From the NCBI GenBank assembly GCA_027493875.1, contig JAOSJX010000006.1, positions 45,248 through 109,247 of the forward strand: a stretch of 64,000 nt of DNA. The letters run 5' to 3'. Numbering within the stretch: the first letter of the stretch is position 1; each line of letters begins with the position of its first letter. The notes under the pieces were generated by a model that saw only the letters and a program-made list of their open reading frames with translations, was not told the DNA's origin and searched no databases. Source of the stretch: Deltaproteobacteria bacterium (lineage in GTDB: Bacteria; Lernaellota; Lernaellaia; JACKCT01). This document shows, piece after piece, positions 61,795 through 64,000 of the stretch. The position numbers and the translations under genes were made by a program.

Positions 61795-62394
61795 GTGGAG
61801 AATGTGATGGAGCTGGACAAAGCTCTGGATGACATTGAGGTACGGATCAAGGAACTGCGTCATGAGTATGACCTGTTCTTCACGGGCGAGATCCATATCG
61901 AGCCGCAAAAAGCCCGGGACGAGTTGCGCCGCCTGATCCGGCAGGTGAACGCGCAGCACATGGGCAATACGGGCATGAAATTCCGGTTCCACAGCCTTCA
62001 AGCCACGTTCAACTCCTATCAGCGCCTTTGGGACCGCATCCTTTATCAGATCGAAATGGGCACCTACATGCCGCACCGGCTGAAGGCGGACCGCCACGTC
62101 GGCACCTACGACGCGCGTACGGGGACCGTGAAAGAGTCCGACGAGCGCCGCCAGCATCGGCCGGTGGAAGCGCGGCCCGGCAACTCGAACGACATCGGCG
62201 ACGTGAAAAAACTTTATCGAGAGTTTCTCGCGGCGCGCACCGTGACCGCGGAAAAGGGCCGCGTTACCTACGACGCGTTCAAACGCTCGCTCGAAACACA
62301 GCTTCCCGCGCTCAAGAACCGCCTCGGCAGCCGGGTCCGGTTCAAGGTTTCCGTCGAAGGCGGCAAGGCGAAGGTCAAGGGCGTCAGAGCGTAA
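61795..62394 (+). CDS. hypothetical protein co-oriented with the RiPP operon
   Basis: 199-aa ORF 37 nt after the DUF2063 gene; a charged, helical, coding-like composition. Confidence 0.4.
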   Translation: MENVMELDKALDDIEVRIKELRHEYDLFFTGEIHIEPQKARDELRRLIRQVNAQHMGNTGMKFRFHSLQATFNSYQRLWDRILYQIEMGTYMPHRLKADRHVGTYDARTGTVKESDERRQHRPVEARPGNSNDIGDVKKLYREFLAARTVTAEKGRVTYDAFKRSLETQLPALKNRLGSRVRFKVSVEGGKAKVKGVRA

Positions 62395-62436
62395 TCAGTG
62401 GCCAATCGCCAGTGGCCAGCCGCCGGCCGCCAGTGA

Positions 62437-64000
62437 TTATCCGACGGCTCTGAGGTGTGGGCGGGCGTGGACGATGACGAGCGTTTTCACGCCGACGGAT
62501 TCGAAACGCACGATCACCTTCGCGTTTTTTCCCTGACCGTTGAGTCCCATCACGCGGCCGCGGCCGAATTTGTCGTGATCCACCAGCCCGCCGGGGCGAA
62601 GGGGCAGATCCGCGTCGCCTTCCTGGCCTTCGGAGTAATCGTAGTAGGTTTCGCCGCTTTCGCGCGGCGTACGTGGTTGGGACGACCGCGGAAAATCCCG
62701 CGGCTCGAACGAACGCCCGCGCGGCTCGGAAAATATTTCCGGCTCGCGGAACAGCGACGGCGCGAGGGCGAATCCCATCGGCTCGACGAGGTCCTCCGGA
62801 ATTTCGTCGATGAAACGGCTCGGCCGCGCGTAGGTCGGTACGCCGGAATAACTGCGCCGCCGCGCCGCGCACGAGAGCGTCAGATAGCGCCGCGCGCGCG
62901 TGATGCCGACGTAGCACAGGCGGCGTTCCTCTTCGATGGCCTGCGCTCCTTCGGTGATGGAGCGGGAATGCGGCAGAACCATCTCCTCCATCCCGATCAT
63001 AAAGACCGCGGGAAATTCGAGCCCCTTCGCGTTGTGCAGGGTCATGAGGCGGACCGAGTCGGTGTCGTCGGCGACGAGATCCGCGTCCTGCACGAGGCTC
63101 ACCTGTTCCAAATATTCCGCGAGCGTCGATTCCGGGTTTCGTTCGTGGAACTGGCTGACCGCTTCGGCCAATTCGCCCAGGTTTTCCTTGCGGGAGAGCG
63201 CTTCGACGGACCGGTCCTCGTCGAGCATCTTCATATAACCGGACTCGGTGACCACGCGTTCCAAGACGGCCGGCGGATCGAGTTCGGCGGCGGCTTTGGT
63301 GACGCCGTCGATGAGACGGAGAAACCGTCCACCGCCTTCGCCGCCGCGGTGGGCAGATCGCCGCGGCGCACGAGCTCGCGCGCGGCGTCCAGAAACGGCG
63401 CACCGGACGTGGCGGCTTCGGCGTCGATCTTGTCGATGGTGGTCTTCCCGATCTTGCGCGCGGGGACGTTGATGATGCGCCGCGCCGCCACGCCGTCCGT
63501 CGCGTTGACCGCGAGCCGGAGGTAGGCCAGCACGTCCTTGACCTCCTTGCGGTCGTAGAACCGCGTGCCGCCGACGACCACGTACGGCGTGTTCTGGCGC
63601 AGCAACTCCTCTTCGATCACGCGGGAGAAGGCGTTGATGCGGTAGAACACGGCGACGTCGCGTCCGCCGAGCCCGTCCTTGATGGACAGTTCGCGGATTT
63701 CGCGCGCGACGAAGCGCGCTTCGTCGTACTCGTCGTCGGCGCGAAACAGATGCACGCGCCGGCCGGGGCCGTTTTCCGTGGACAATTTTTTCGCCACGCG
63801 CCCGGTGTTGTTTTTGATGACGGCGTCGGCGACGGCGAGAATGTTGGCGGTGGACCGGTAGTTCCGGCCGAGCACGACGCGCGCCGCGTCGGGAAACGCT
63901 TTTGAAATCCGAGAATATTTTCGATGCGCGCGCCGCGCCAGCGGTAGATGCTCTGATCGTCGTCGCCGACGACGCACAGGTTGCGGTGCGGCCCGAGCAT
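62437..64000 (-). CDS. UvrD/PcrA/Rep-family ATP-dependent DNA helicase (3' portion; continues beyond the window); at least two apparent frameshifts
   Basis: Motif [17 protein letters not shown] (ORF 63617..64000), NYRSTANIL…[22 protein letters not shown] (ORF 63231..63977), and C-terminal [13 protein letters not shown]…YVGITRAR (ORF 62437..63264). The junctions are at g3 ~63893 and a3 ~63322. Confidence 0.8.
   Translation of the reverse strand, partial: CSGRTATCASSATTIRASTAGAARASKIFSDFKSVSRRGARRARPELPVHRQHSRRRRRRHQKQHRARGEKIVHGKRPRPARASVSRRRRVRRSALRRARNPRTVHQGRARRTRRRRVLPHQRLLPRDRRGVAAPEHAVRGRRRHAVLRPQGGQGRAGLPPARGQRDGRRGGAAHHQRPRAQDREDHHRQDRRRSRHVRCAVSGRRARARAPRRSAHRGGEGGGRFLRLIDGVTKAAAELDPPAVLERVVTESGYMKMLDEDRSVEALSRKENLGELAEAVSQFHERNPESTLAEYLEQVSLVQDADLVADDTDSVRLMTLHNAKGLEFPAVFMIGMEEMVLPHSRSITEGAQAIEEERRLCYVGITRARRYLTLSCAARRRSYSGVPTYARPSRFIDEIPEDLVEPMGFALAPSLFREPEIFSEPRGRSFEPRDFPRSSQPRTPRESGETYYDYSEGQEGDADLPLRPGGLVDHDKFGRGRVMGLNGQGKNAKVIVRFESVGVKTLVIVHARPHLRAVG

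Overview
This 64 kb window is a high-GC (roughly two-thirds G+C by eye) bacterial chromosomal segment, almost entirely coding, with most genes on the minus strand. The gene content points to a deltaproteobacterial / Myxococcota-like lineage: a MoxR/DUF58 (Bat-type) operon, PATAN-receiver proteins, Myxococcus cysteine-rich repeats and FG-GAP giants. I see no rRNA or tRNA genes and no CRISPR array.

Housekeeping genes I can recognise:
- moxR and its DUF58 partner
- a B12-binding radical-SAM enzyme
- an M23 peptidase
- fetA and fetB
- a Mn-type sodA
- a polyprenyl-diphosphate synthase
- ftsY
- a YceI protein
- a class-I SAM methyltransferase
- lgt
- a UvrD-type helicase, cut by the window edge

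The accessory features that stand out:
1. A HvfA-like RiPP cluster. The secreted precursor carries EG(S/K)CG cysteine motifs and an unusual (DK)9 repeat, and is followed by an MNIO/DUF692 enzyme, a DUF2063 partner and a small unknown protein.
2. Three very large secreted proteins that end exactly in an Asp-rich run plus Cys-Gly-Cys (…DDDDDDGGGCGC*, …DDDDDDGDAGCCGC*, …GGCGGCGC*): a subtilase, a ~1800-aa FG-GAP/Myxococcus-Cys-repeat lipoprotein, and a mucin-like Thr/Ser-repeat lipoprotein. About ten lipoproteins show the mirrored arrangement, a lipobox Cys followed by Gly and poly-Asp. I have not seen this C-terminal motif described.
3. Three tandem paralogous multidomain genes (pseudo-receiver – PATAN/DUF4388 – MshEN-like c-di-GMP motifs – HPD-less J-like domain – TPR). 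They sit downstream of a translationally coupled SIS-domain (GmhA/DiaA-like) gene and a deoxyhypusine-synthase-like gene.
4. An IspH fused to a UbiA-family prenyltransferase, adjacent to lgt.
5. Three tandem paralogous poly-Asp lipoproteins of unknown function.
6. A lower-GC islet carrying a metzincin protease and a DUF1566 lipoprotein.

One technical caveat affects nearly every call. About 30 genes are split between adjacent reading frames exactly at mononucleotide runs. In each case real protein continues in the neighbouring frame across an A/T/G/C homopolymer. This looks like homopolymer indel error in the assembly, not real pseudogenisation. I therefore give full-length gene spans and note the frameshifts.
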